A DNA stretch of 64,000 nt from an uncultured Eubacteriales bacterium (GTDB lineage Bacteria > Bacillota > Clostridia > Christensenellales > UBA1242). Positions 11,901 through 25,100 of the stretch are shown piece by piece; within the stretch, counting starts at the first letter, position 1; each line of letters opens with the position of its first letter. Both the position numbers and the translations under genes were made by a program. The DNA lies in assembly GCA_948806215.1 (NCBI GenBank), contig CAQIDI010000003.1, positions 27,948-91,947 on the forward strand. The letters run 5' to 3'. A model generated the notes under the pieces. That model made no database searches and had not been told where the DNA came from. It saw only the letters and a list, made by a program, of their open reading frames with translations.

Positions 11901-12676
11901 AATTGTTTTGTAGCTTCGGCACTAGGAATTTCACTAGGACGAGTTTTCTTACTTAATTCAATTAATGCGTCGTGTTGGGTTTCAATACCATCTTTATCTA
12001 AGGTAGCACGCATAATTTCGTCGTTGCCAAAAGTATCCAAAATTTGTTCACGTGTTAAGCCAAAGCATTTTAAGAATACGCCTAAGCTAATTTTTCCGCC
12101 TTTATCTAGGCAAACACGAATAAAGTTTGGATCTTTTTCTTTTTGTTCCATTTCCAACCAACTACCACGTGTTGGAATTAGGGTGCAGTTATAAAGTTCT
12201 TTACCAGTTTTATCAATGGTTTTACTATAGTAAACGCTTGGGCTACGAACAAGTTGGCTAACAACAACTCTTTCAATACCATTAAAAATAAATGTGCCTT
12301 CGTTTGTCATATAAGGAACATCGCCCAAGAAAACTTCTTGTTCAATAACTTCGCCAGTTTCTTTAATAACAAGTCTTACTTTAACTTTTAAAGCAATACT
12401 ATAGTTGCTTCCCTTTCTCTTTGCTTCAGGAATTGAAATTTTTGGCTTTGTTTCTAGCGAATAATCAAGTAAATAAACTTCTGCCTTACCACTGTAATCA
12501 GTGATAGGAGAAAATTCTTCTAACGCTTCTTTAATGCCAACTTCTAAGAAATTTTTGTAGGATTCCTTTTGAATCTCTAGTAAGTATGGAAGTTCAATAA
12601 TTTCTTTTGCGTGGCCAAAAGTGTAACGAGTTACATTACCATACTTCAATTTTTTTATGTTCTTTGTGTCTAGCAT
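8975..12676 (-). CDS. rpoB: DNA-directed RNA polymerase subunit beta
   Basis: 1233 aa with the AGRHGNKGIVSRI, GEMEVWALEAYGA and FGEKA motifs. AGGAG SD. rpoC follows 10 nt downstream. Confidence 0.97.
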   Translation of the reverse strand: MLDTKNIKKLKYGNVTRYTFGHAKEIIELPYLLEIQKESYKNFLEVGIKEALEEFSPITDYSGKAEVYLLDYSLETKPKISIPEAKRKGSNYSIALKVKVRLVIKETGEVIEQEVFLGDVPYMTNEGTFIFNGIERVVVSQLVRSPSVYYSKTIDKTGKELYNCTLIPTRGSWLEMEQKEKDPNFIRVCLDKGGKISLGVFLKCFGLTREQILDTFGNDEIMRATLDKDGIETQHDALIELSKKTRPSEIPSAEATKQFIFSQFFSTQYYNLGRVGRFKIDKKLCLATRVTGLTAYEDVKLKKDVIVKAGEVITPEQARAIQQNGINEVVVAIDGKPHKMVGNNRVKLSDVIKCNERELGVNEMVHYPTLMELISDLKTKEEKLEAIKENAKDLVGQTLFMDDILASVSYFLDLNAGIGDIDVVDHLCNRRIKGAGELLQDSFRSGMNKLTNAVKETLQSHDLTDITPSQVVNARPINRAFKDFLASHQLSQLMDQMNPLSSLAQKRRLSAVGPGGIKKDRATDEVRDIHHSHYGRICVIETPEGGNIGLINSLATYARVNEYGFIETPYRIIDKEKGVVTNDVAYLMADEDENHYIAQAIEPLNEDGSFKNEHIVCRYFDTVLEVSKDMVDYMDVSPKQLVSVPTACIPFLENDDTARALMGSNMQRQAVPLITTETPMIATGLEHRVALDNGAIIVAENAGTVTSSDATHIEILTEKGDVDKYDLIKFSKTNQESCVNQKPIVKTGQKVKKGETIADGYSTKNGEMALGKNMLIAFMNWEGYNYEDAILLSERLVKEDVYTSINLKEEEVKARSTKLGDEEITRDIPNLGEDALKNLDENGIIMVGAEVKPGDILVGKVTPKGETEPTPEERLLRAIFGEKARDVKDTSLRVPHGINGVVVDVQVFSRKNKDDLETGVNQLVRVTIAEKRKISVGDKMAGRHGNKGIVSRILPVEDMPFMANGQPIDIVLNPLGIPSRTNVGQVLEVHLGLVAKALGINIATPAFDGVKESDIRELLKENNFPENGKIQLYDGRTGEPFANPVTVGYMYYIKLEHMVNDKMHARSTGPYAYVTQQPLGGKAMFGGQRFGEMEVWALEAYGASKLLQEMLTVKSDDIEGRYNTYKAIVEGLPLPEPSVPEAFKVLIKELQGLCLDIRLLTDTNKEFNLSDLNGDNTESFSEVTKPRETQTDIELEFGDNENTEPTELDLEDDIDNIFDESALFDDFGDDDEE

Positions 12677-12902
12677 AATTACTCCTTAATTTTTGCAAAA
12701 ATTTATGCTCACATTGGTTGAATTTTTAACCATAAAAAAGCTATGCTAGCCTCTTAACAGAAAAAAATTTCTGCCAGCAAAAAAACTAGCATAACAATAA
12801 TAATTTATTACGTTATTTTTTACTTTTATCCAGTAAAATCAAAAAAATTCACCCCGGCATTTGAAATCTGCGCATAATTCAAATGCTACTTATGCATTAT
12901 CT

Positions 12903-12932
12903 ATAGTATCATAAACTTTTACTATGTGTCAA
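12903..12932 (-). promoter_or_regulatory. sigmaA-type promoter for rpoBC
   Basis: Minus strand reads TTGACA (12932..12927), an 18-nt spacer, then TGaTACTAT (TACTAT at 12908..12903). This leaves a structured leader of about 225 nt. Confidence 0.45.
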
Positions 12933-13117
12933 CAAAGATTAACAAATAATTTTTTTTATATTTTTTTTAAAACAACTTTGTTTTATCACAGCCCACAAAA
13001 TATAAACCATAATAAAAAAACTATTAAATAAAACCACACAACAATTTATTACAGTATATATACTATATAATATTATATATATAAATATATCATATAATAT
13101 AAAAAATAAATTAATGC

Positions 13118-13152
13118 AAAAAAAAGAAAGCAAAGTTTGCTTTCTTTTTTTT
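13118..13152 (-). terminator. Rho-independent terminator after giant gene 1
   Basis: A-run, GAAAGCAA-ACU-UUGCUUUC, then U8, lying 8 nt after the TAA stop at 13160..13162. The flanking A/T runs make it potentially bidirectional. Confidence 0.75.
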
Positions 13153-13159
13153 TAGCTAT

Positions 13160-16100
13160 TTATTCATAATAAGCATATAGGACTAAATCTGAAGTAATTT
13201 CTTCGTTATCAAAATTAAATATATAATCATCATAATTTCCTGTGAAACCAGGATCATACATAATTTTATACCAACCAACAAACGTTTTTCCTTCAGGTAT
13301 TGGAGGGGCTTGAAGCTCAGGATATTGAGTAATATCTATTTTATCTCCCTTCTTAACTTGGATAATTATTTCTGAAGGGAAAGGCATACCATCAATATCA
13401 ACAAAATTGACATTATAAACAGGTTTATCCCATAAAGCATAAATAATTAGATCGTTTCTAATTTTTGTTTGCTCAAAATCAAACAATACAAATTCTCCCT
13501 CTGAATTCCTAATATACCAATTATTAAATGTATTTTCGCTATCGCTTGGATCAACTGGGTTATCAGTTGGTCTACTTGCACTCTGACCAAATCCAACTTT
13601 TTGACTTATAAATGCATCGCCTGTTAATGAATTACCTAAGCTATCAACAAATGATACTGTATAAGTTGTGTCGGCAGGTTCCCAATAGCCATAAATAAAT
13701 ATATTTGACGTAATCTTAGTATTTTCAAAATCAAACAATAATTTATCATAATCAAAACCAGATAGACTATTATTCTTTCTTTCTGAATACCAACCACGGA
13801 ATAACATACTTGTATCCGCTGGATTTGCTATTTCACCAGGATTAACAACTGTGCTATTCCAATCAACAATAATCGGATTAGCCATACCGAAATCTTCTTC
13901 ATCAATTTTTGTACCATTTGCATCAACAAAAGTAACACTAAATGTTTTTATTTCAAAGTGTGCGTAAATATTAATATGATCCATTACAACAAATGCATCT
14001 TCATTTCCACTAAATATAAATTGTTCGTTTCCAGTTGCTGTTGTAAACCAACCAACAAAATTGTATCCTTCTTTTACTGGATCGGTTGGTCTTGAAACAT
14101 TTCCACCAGTATGAACAATCTGATTTGGAACATCGCTTAACAATATACCTTCTTCATCTACAAATCTAACTGTAAATGGAATAGTAACAAAATATTGATA
14201 AATAGATATATCCGCATTAACTGTTAATGGGAATGTTATTTTATATGTTGAATATGGTTTTGTGTCGCCTGAAGCTAAATATTGACTATAAGATTTAGTG
14301 TACCAGCCATCAAACTTATATGAAGGTTTAGTAGGCATTGTAGGCAAATCTAATTTTGCACCTTTACTTAATACTAAAACTCCATTAGTACCATAATTTT
14401 TATCGATAGTAACACCATCTTCTTTATAATATGTTACATTTACCACAGAAGAACTAAACACTGGGTATAAAATTAAATCAGAATTTATTGGAGTATTCCA
14501 ATTATACATTATAAAATTATCACCATCTTTTATTGCCCAATGTTGGAATGCCATACTAGGTTTAGTTGGCGAAGAAGCAGGTTCAGAAATAACTCCACCA
14601 AAATTTACTTTCTGAGTTAAGAAAACTCCTGCATCATCAGTACTATCATTCATAAATGTTACAACAGCTTGTGACCAGTGTGCATAAATAGTAATATTTG
14701 CGTTTATTTCATATTTCTTAAAGTCAAATTTAACAATTTTCCAAAAATCATTAAAACTATTAACTGGTTTACCGTCTGCATCTGTAATATCATTATTCTT
14801 ATTATTTTCATAATATTTATATGCTTCGCCATATGGCATTGTGTACCAACCACCAAAACTTAATCCTGGTTTTGTAGGATTATTTGGCTCTGGAACATTA
14901 TCTCCCTCATCTAAAGTTTGATCTGGAATATTACCAGTACCACCTTGTAAATCAAATTTTACAACATAAACACCGGCTCTTTGCCAAATTGCATATAAAT
15001 TTAAATCTCCAGTTACAGGTTTGCTAAAGTCATATTCAAGTCCATCAGAAGTTTTCCAACCAACTAATTCATATTTTGATCTATAAACATCGCTAATATA
15101 TACAGCTGTTCCACCTTCAACAACTCTTTTTGTTTGAACAGCATTAGGATTTACACTGTCAAAATATTTTACAGTATAAGATTTTACACCTGGAAATGGT
15201 TCAGAATCTGAACCTATATAATTAGTAGATCTCCCTAATGAAACGGTAAATCCATAATCGCCACCAATCCATAAAAATCCTCCTGAATAACACATATTTT
15301 GTAATGTTAAATCATCTTTGGTTGAAAGGTTATATCCACCCTTAAACATCGTAGCACTTTCATTATAAATTTCACCTTCACCATTACCATTAGGATTTGC
15401 GATACGACTATAGTATCTTACACCACATTGTTTTCCTGTAAATCCACCAACACTATCCGCATTACCTTTGCCATAATATTCGGTATACTGATCCACAAAT
15501 TTTGTACTTTTAGCATTATTACTCTGATTATTATTTTTATCAGTATATGGTTTAAGATAAAATCCATTATCTCTTGAATCCAAATTTCCAAAAATTGTTC
15601 CAAATTTAAATGGGCCACTAAAGCCATTATAATAACCAATTCTATATCCACTGTAAACATCACTAGCAGTTCTTGAACTATATCCATCATATGAATCCAT
15701 ATTATATGTTAAATACATTGAATCATAACTTGAAACATAGCCACCAAAACCTTTTGATAAATTATTGTTTAGTTCACCATAGGTTGCATAACCAACTATT
15801 CCGCCGCAACCATACGATAAATCATAACTTAATGCTCCAGCAACACTATTTGTATCAGCAGTATTACTATTTATTTTTGAATAACTAGAATAACCAACAA
15901 TTCCACCTACCGCATCGTTACCTACTACAATGAAATTATTGGTGTTACCAACAACTTCAGAACTATTTTCTGCATATCCAGTAATTCCACCAACATAGGA
16001 TGAAGAAACTTCTACTCTACCTGTATTTATACTATTATTTATACTAGAGTGATTAATTTTACCAACAATACCACCCACATAATTAGTACCTCTTATATTT

Positions 16101-19100
16101 TTTGCAGAGTTATTAGCACTTATTTTAGAATTATTAGTAGCATAACCAACTATTCCACCAATATTAGACCCAGCAAAAATATTTTGAGTGTTTGAGCAAT
16201 TCTTATTAGCTGTTGTTCCTTCATATCCAATAGTTGTATCATTAGCAACACCAACTATTCCACCAATATTTGTTCCAGTAGAACTAGAAACCCTGGATGG
16301 ATTTGTGAAGTTGCCATTTTTCGGTTCATAGTTGATATAAGCGGTATTTGTACATTTTGATATACGAGTATTATCAAATGTATTACCTATTAACCCACCA
16401 ATATTACTTGAATTATAAGATAGTATAAAGCCTTTTGATATACAACTTACAACCTCACTATTAAATAAATTAGCAGCTAAAGTTCCGAAATTATTATTAG
16501 GATAATAAATAGTTGTATCGTTACCAGCATTTATATTATTTAATTTAACATTATGGCCAGCTATTAATAATGCTCCGACACCATCATCAAATCTATTTGA
16601 TGTATTGCTACCATTATTAACAAAAGTAATATTTTGAATAGTATTGTTGTAAGCATAGCCTAAAATAGATTTTGCGCCATTATTACCACTAGCAACACTA
16701 ACACTTGTTCCAGTAACATCTACTTTAATAGGATAAGCTGTATTACTTGCTAAAGTTTTAAATCCATTACTTAAAGATAAAGTTTGTAAATAAATTGGTT
16801 TAATAACTTTAGAAGTTGAACTATTCATAAAGTTTGTTTTAATTAAGAAATTAACATAATTAAATTTTGCCTCAGTGTCAATTCTAAATTGTCCATTAAC
16901 TATAGATGGCGGTGTCATAGTTAAAGAAGTATCCTTATAACTATAATTTAAAGTTATATTGCTACCATAACTCCAATAAGGATTTTGTTCAATAATATTT
17001 TTGTATGTTACATTAATTTTATTCGAGTCATCACCATATGAAAAAGCAGTACTAGTATATGAATTTACAGAATTGAAAACTGCAGTATAAGGTTTAGCTA
17101 AGTTGATTGCACCTAATGGATTACCACTTGTTGTTACACATAAGCCAAACATACTCGCATCAAAACCATTAGGTAAACTATATGCAATTCCGTTAGTAGC
17201 AGCAGCTGTGTTCAATACATTATTAATATAAACATCTGTGTTTTCTATTTTAGCAACAATTCCTGCTGAATTATCTGCACTAACACTTCCATTATTAACA
17301 GCTAATGTAATATTACCATTAGTAGTTCCAGCAATACCGCCAACATATGCACTATTGTAACCAATAATCTTACCACTATTTGTAACAGAAGTTATTATTG
17401 ATTTGTTATCTGCCACATAACCAACAATACCACCAACATTATCATATCCAGAAACATTGCCAGTATTATTGCTGTTTAGATTACCTGAACAATCAACAGT
17501 AACACCATTAATAATTTTTCCAACTAAACCACCAACATTAATATTCCCTCTAACTGTTTTTATGTTATAGTCGTCTTTTATAATTACATTTCCATAAACT
17601 AATCCAGCTATACCACCAAAATTTTCTGGTTTATCAGTATCTTCTTTGTAGTTAGCAGAGTATTGAACAGCTGCTCTATTAGTGTTTGTCGAAATATTTA
17701 ATGGCTCTGTTTTATTATTTCTATAATATCCAACAATACCACCAACATTAGAATAACCACCAACAAATGTTTTATCTTCTTCTGGATGCTCTGGGTTTCC
17801 ATTAGCACAATTAATAATTGAAGTATCAACCGCATAACCAACTATTGTTCCAATATTTTCGCCACCATAAATTATACCTGATTCAACCGTTAAATTTTGA
17901 ATTGTTGCATTAACAGCATATCCAACAAGTCCCAACGAATCATTTGTTAACGCTTCTACACCAGTAATAGTATTAGTATCATCAATTGCATAAACCGAAG
18001 TTGACATAACGTTTTCTAAACGAATATCGCCATTTCCAATTAATATTCCCTTAAAAGCTTCATTATCGCTTAATGAAGAATAATAACCTATAGGAGTCCA
18101 AACCATACCACCAAAATTCATAGATCCATTAATTTTAATTGTCCAACCGTTAAAGTTATCATAATCATATCCTTGTTCATCCACACCTCCATTATTAACA
18201 ACATAAGCAATCCAAGCAAGTTGTTGAGGTCCGTAAACAGGTGTTTTTCTATCTATATTATTAACTGTTTCAACCATAAACTTATATGGGTGAGGGTTTA
18301 TAGTAATAGTTTTTGTAGATTTATTTATCGTACCAGGGGTAAATTTAACAACTGTAGTTCCATCTTTTATTTCACCAATGTCTTCATCTGGTCTTATATA
18401 ATTTTTAATCCAATATTCAACCTTTGTAGAGAATGTAGGATATTCTCCAGGCATTGTTCTTACCCAAGTACTAATCCAATCAAATCCATCAAGCATACCA
18501 GTTCCTAACTTAACTATTGTTATAACCTGATCACAGGTTCCACCAAACATAAAAGATACTACACTTGCTAACATTGCATTAGTATCATAATAATCCACAG
18601 CATAAACATTATTTGATTTAGTTTGTGTATTTTCATTACCCATAAATAATGAATTTTTACTATAAGTTGATAACATTGATGTCATAGAGGTTAATTTTTC
18701 TTTTCCTGATAACTCACCAATATAATAAACTTGGTCAGCAAAAACAGCATTATTAGTAGCACTTGTTCCACCGCAATAAGTATACGCTAAACCACTTGTG
18801 TTATTACCATAAACAGAAGAATTAACATAAACTTTATAAATAATCAATTTATTATTGCTTGTGTTAGCAAATGTTACTTTTCCAATCAAGCCACTAGCAG
18901 TTTGAGTAGCGTAAATATTACTATTTTCAACTCCAACCTTACTAGTAAAATATGTTTGTTGTGATTTATTTACATAAACAAATCCAGCAAGAGTTCCTGT
19001 AGAACTTATTCCATTATTTTTAGAAACTGAAATGAAGTTACTATCTTTAATAAGAATATCATTTGCAAATGTATCAGCAAAATTTTGACTCTCATCTATT

Positions 19101-22100
19101 GCAGTATCTTTTGGGACTTCAACAGATCCAAATAGACCAACATTTCTATTTACTCCAATTGCTGATAATCCAACGAATGAATATTTATTTCCAGATATTT
19201 TTCCAGCAAATAAATTAGAATATGTGCCTTCTCCAACTATTGAAGATTTTAAGTATTTTGCATTATTTCCGCTTCCAGTTACTAAATTCTCATCAGAAAT
19301 ATTATCAGCACCAAATCCGATTGGCGTCCAAAGTTTATTATAGAAATTTAATGAAACTTCTTTGCTAGGATCTGTTACTGCAGGTAATGTTAAAACAATA
19401 TTATTATAATTTAATAAGTTATGAGTTGTTTTTATTTTTAAACCAAACTCATATTTTTCAGTGGTTAAACCTATTCCATAACCACTAACAGTTTCTCTAT
19501 AATAATCGTTTAAACTTACCTCTGCATTGCTTATATCAACAACTTTATATCCATAATTAGAGTAAGCTGCAACTGCTGCTAAGTCTTCTTCTTCCCTTAT
19601 TAAAATTGAAGAACTATTATAAATATTTTTTAAATAATAATCATAGTTATTTAACTTAGCATAGTTATTAGAACCAGTATTGGTTTCGTTAACGATATTA
19701 TCGTTTGCCCAATAATATTCATCGTCCATTCTTTCGTTTCTTAAATCAGATTTTAAATCAATTTGTAGCATTGGCAAGCCAAACCTAAATTTAGTTTGAT
19801 TAGCAGTTTCTTGATCTGGAATAATTATTGTCCAAATCTTATCAAAGTCAAATTGATTACCATTTTCTTTTAAGAAATATGATAAATTAAACTTTCCATT
19901 ATTGTTATTATACTTACTAACAGAATGAGTAACATTATTTTTATCATCAACGGTAAATTCGTTACAAGTTCCATTATCAGAATAAATTTTTATGGTTTTA
20001 TTATTTGCACCACTTGTAGTTAAACTATTTTTTACAATTCCATCGTAATTATTGATTGTATTTCCAACAATACTTGCATTATTTATAATACCACTTGAAT
20101 CATTTGTAATAGCAGCGTTTGATTTTAATGTATCAATAAGTCCAGTATTATTTGCAATAGCAAAACCTGATCCATCAACATTAAATATAATTCCTGCATT
20201 GTGTGAGTTAGTACCAGCAATTAAAGAATTGCCATCTTTTGTATTAACTTTTGTTATAAAACCTTCATTTTCTTTAATTTTGAAACCAGTTGTAGTTAAA
20301 CCGTATAATATAGACTTATTATCAACTGTTGTAACACTTGCACCTAATCCGGCTCCGTTTTTAAAGTAATAGGTCTTACCTGCAATATTTCCACCAGTAT
20401 AATTGCTTGTAAAAATACTTGAAATAGCATCTGCAATACCATTTGCTGGTTTTACTTTTAAACCTGATGCTTGTAAATCAGCAACACGTTTAAAGTTAAT
20501 TAAATTTAGTTCGTCAATATTTTCATTAACAACGTATCCGCTTGTGATTTGACCTATTGAATTTCCATCACTTTCATTTTTAAATTCAACACCTTTAACT
20601 TCGGTTCCAAGTTTATCGGTTATTCCTTCTTCAATCCATTTTAAAAGTGGATAAGAATTATCGCTTATATTCCAATATTCTTTTGACCAAGCTTTTAAAT
20701 CGCTTTTAAATGTATCACTACTACCAAATAACATTTGTTCTGTGTTTAAAGCAGTTCCAAAATTATTTGAATATGGAACAAAATCTTGATTGTAATAGTT
20801 TTCAATAAGTTTAATATTTGTTGAATTTTTATAACTATTATAACTATCACTGGTTTGATTATAATTTGCACTATCAGTTGTGGTTATTCCACCAACAACT
20901 CCACCTTTCTTGGTGCTAAAGTAAACATAATCGCCAACATAGTTACCAATGCTGTAGTTATTATACATTTCAAATAAACTTGAAATACCCACAACATCTC
21001 TTGTTTTATAAGCATAGTTAATAGATCCAATAATTAAACCATCGTTGGTTTGTGGTCCTATTAATACTGCTTCATCTTGAATATAACCGGTAGTATAGTT
21101 ATTTTGAATTAAAACTTTACTATAGTTTTTATTAAGATCACTATTTGAAACTTTATTAGCATAGTCAATATCAGCAACACCAACCAATCCACCAAGATTG
21201 TAGCGAATATACTCAGGATATCCTTTTCCATTAATTTCTATATTACTGTTAGAAACACTCTCTGATATTTCCCCATTATATATAGTACCTATCAAACCAC
21301 CAATATTTTTAGTTGTTTTTATGCCACTACTTGGAGTATTTTTTGAAGTTGACTTAATTAAATCAACATTAGCAACTACTCTGTTAACTTTTCCAATAAC
21401 AGGAGTTATGTTAGTTAAATCGTAGTGCATATCAACAATACCTATAGCACCGCCAACACTTGTTAGTTTTGAAGTATCACTCTCAGATGGCTCAACATTA
21501 ATACTATTAATATCTGCTAAAGAATTGCTTATGTTAGAACAGTTACTAGCAACGCCAACTAAGCCACCAACAGTAGTTTTACTAATACCATTAACATCAA
21601 CTTTTATAGAATTGAAATTAGTTGTTAGGTTTCTAATATCAAAGTTATTAACCTTACCAGCAACACCACCAATATTGGTTTCAGCAGTATCTCCACCTGT
21701 TGTGTTGTTAACAGTTATAAACGAATTATCAGTACTTGATTCAACTAAAATATTTTCTAATCCAAGAACATTAATATCTCCGCCTAATGCTCCAACTGCA
21801 CCACCAACATTAAGAACATATTTATAGTTGTTTGAAACATTAACATTAATATGTGATGCATCTTTTATTGAGTTACCAAAAACATATGTGTTCGAAACAG
21901 AACCATCTTCGTTTTCTTGCTCACCAACATAAGAAGTTAAACTAGCAGAATTTGTATAACCAACTAAGCCACCAACGCTAATATTATTAAAGCTATCATT
22001 AGGTTTAATATTGGCATTAATTTGTACTTTTGTTGCATTAATTCCAGCAATTCCTAAGCTAGACATTCCTCTTGGATTAACAACACCAAATGCTCCGCCA

Positions 22101-25100
22101 ATGCTTAAGTTTTTAGCATATTCGTTTTTATTCTTTAAAATTCCATTTAATATATTACTTGAGTTACCAATAGTAATACTTACATCATTTAATTCAACTC
22201 CGTTTGCTAAAACGATTTCGCTTTCATCAGAATCAATCATTCCAGCAACACCACCAAAGCCATACAATGAATTTCTATAACTTGTTGAATAAGATACTAA
22301 TTTATCATTATTTACATCTATATTTGTATCAGTAAATTTATTAACAGTTATAGTCGATTCTTTTACTAAACTATTAGTAATTTTAGTACCGCCACCATAA
22401 CCAATCAATCCACCTACTGTGCAAGCCTCTAACTGCATTGTAATCTTATTAGCCACAACTTCGTTAACTGTTGCCTTTGATTGAGCAAGAGCAAATAATG
22501 AACCAGCATAAACTGCCGAATTAGTAAAGGTTAGATCTTCTAATGTGAAATGATGGAAACTTGCATCGTTAACAACGCCAAGTAATCCTAGGAAGTCAGA
22601 ACTTGGTAAAAAGTTTACTGTTTTTTTACTATCATAAATTTTAAAGTTATAGTATCCGCCATCTGGTTTAGATTGAGAATGAATTGAACCTTCAAATGGA
22701 TCAGACTGAGTACCTACAGCCTGCCAATTTTTTAGAATGCTTAAATCTATATCGTTTTGTAAAATAAATTCAGCGTTTTTATAATCTTCCATTTGAGCTA
22801 ATTGATTTGCATTATATACTAACACACGGCTTTTAATTGCCTTTGGTTCTAGATATGGGAAAGCTGTTGCAATATCATCAGGAGTTACTTCATCATCACC
22901 ATCCGAAGTTTTTCTAAGTCCTGTCCAATAATCAGAACTCCAATTTGCAAACAATCCTTTTGCATCGTTAACATAAGCTAAATTTTCAGGTTTACTTATT
23001 TCATTATCTCCCCAAACTGTGGCATCGGTAGCATTTAATTTGGTTTCAAAAACTTCTAACATAGTTCTAGCAGATCCAATGTTTTGCATTCTACTATAAT
23101 AGAAACATTCTGCTACATTACCACTATTATCCTTAGTTTTTTCAACATCTGAAAATCCTGCATAACTAATTAAATTATCTTTAATTCTTGCATCACCATC
23201 AATATATTCGCTACTACTATCTAAATCATTAATTTCTTTACTGTTGCCAATTGCTCCAATTTCTGGCATTAATAATTTTTCATTATTTTTAGCAGTAGTA
23301 CCAGTACCTAAAACAGTGCCTAATGGTCGATTAATTAATGGTTGAACAAAATATATTGTTTCGTTTCCAAGCTTTCTTGATCCAGCAGGACTAAAGTTTG
23401 CAAATGCTTTAGAAAGATTATATGCATTTGGTTTTGGATTAATATTATCTCCAGAACCTTTATTCATTATAATATTACCAAAAATTGCACCAATTTTTAA
23501 TGCGGTATTATTATATAACAATGATCTATCAGTATATAAATCTTCTTCACGCCAAACATTCGCAGCAACAATATTTGAAATTGTAGTGTTAGAGTTTGGT
23601 AAAATATGTGCTTCAACATTACCAGATTTAGTATCTAAGAATAAAAATTTAATAATTTCTTCTTTAAAGGATAATTGTTTATTATCATCCAATGTAACAG
23701 GAGCTTCTGTGTGTAATCCAATAAAGCCACCTACTCCGCGGAAAGCATTAACACTTGAGGTTGTGTAAACATAAGCGATTTTACCACCTGTGTTTAAGCC
23801 TGCCACACCACCAGCATATAAGCTATCAATGTTAGAAACATTAACTTTTGAATAAGAATTAGTTATTTGACCACCATTATTAAAGCCAACTAAGCCACCA
23901 ATAAAGTGAGCATTTCCACTAAATAAATTTGAGTAGCCTTTATTAATTATTTTATAGCCCGTTCCAGTTGCACTTGCTTTATATTCGTTATCAATTTTTT
24001 TCTGAGTTTCTAATGTTTGACTAATTAAAGCGCGTTCCAAACTACCACGGTTTTCGCCAACAACACCACCAGCAACACGACTAGCAATTAATTCTGGTTC
24101 AGCGTTATCGGAAACAATAAAGCTAATTTCACTTGCTGTAGAATCAACGCCAATTGCACCAAACACGCCACCAACAACTTCGCCAACTAGTGTAACATTT
24201 CCACTAACCTCTAAGCTTCTTGCTTTAGCATTAAATAAGCTTCGTTTATTTTGTTCGTCGGATGGTCTTGCATCAACATCGAAAATACCAATAATACCAC
24301 CAGCATAAGAAATTGTTTTAGCATTTTTTATGCTAACAATCCCATTATCTTCGGTTTTATTAAATATTTCGTAAGAGCCATAAGAAGAATCATCTAATAA
24401 ACTATTAGTTGCTTTAAATAAGTTAGGATATTTATAATATGCAGCTTTAGCACTTAGTGAACTAGAAATATTAACTATTTCGCTATCGCCTGAAACTAAA
24501 CCTGCAAGTCCGCCAACAACATTTCGGCCTTGAATAACTTCGTCACCAGTTATATTAATGTTAAACACATTAGCGTTTTCAATTTGTCCAGCTAGTGCCC
24601 CAACAAAGGTTACATCGCTACCTTTAACTTCGGAAACATTAATATTTAGGTTTCTAACAACGCCACGTTGTTCTTTTTTGGTATCTTTATCTTTGGTAAT
24701 AATTCTACCAAACAATCCAAGATATTCTACAGTTTTATTTTGGCTTTCAAAATCTTTATCAGCAATTAAACGAAGTTCGCTAATGTTCATACCATTACCA
24801 TCTAAATCACCATAATATTCCATATTATAGGTTCTAGCAGTAAGATCGGTTTTATTAAATGCAATATCAGAAATAAGTCTTATTGCAAAATTTCTTTCAT
24901 CATCGTTAATTGAACTTTCGTAGTTTAAGTAACTATTAAAGTTTTCTGCTGATTTTACAAGTATTGGGTTAGATATATCTTCACCAATAACAGTTGACAC
25001 ATAATTATATTTATTTTCATCGCTCGAATCAGTTCCAGCCCAAACTCTAATGCTTTGAGTTTTTAAGTTAGCAGCAACTAATTGTGGACGAGATAACGAA

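Noticed and set aside
13040-13105. TA-rich blocks at 13040..13105, 35618..35660 and 53677..53710 as a CRISPR-like or MITE-like repeat family
   Set aside because: There is no regular repeat-spacer organisation and no terminal inverted repeats. Only a low-complexity 16-nt core is shared, between the two leaders, and that is reported separately as a weak finding.
12939-13133. 64-aa hydrophobic ORF in the rpoB/giant 1 intergenic region
   Set aside because: It starts with a TTG inside the giant 1 terminator stem and has no SD. It spans extremely AT-rich low-complexity DNA and overlaps the predicted rpoB promoter, so it is most likely non-coding.
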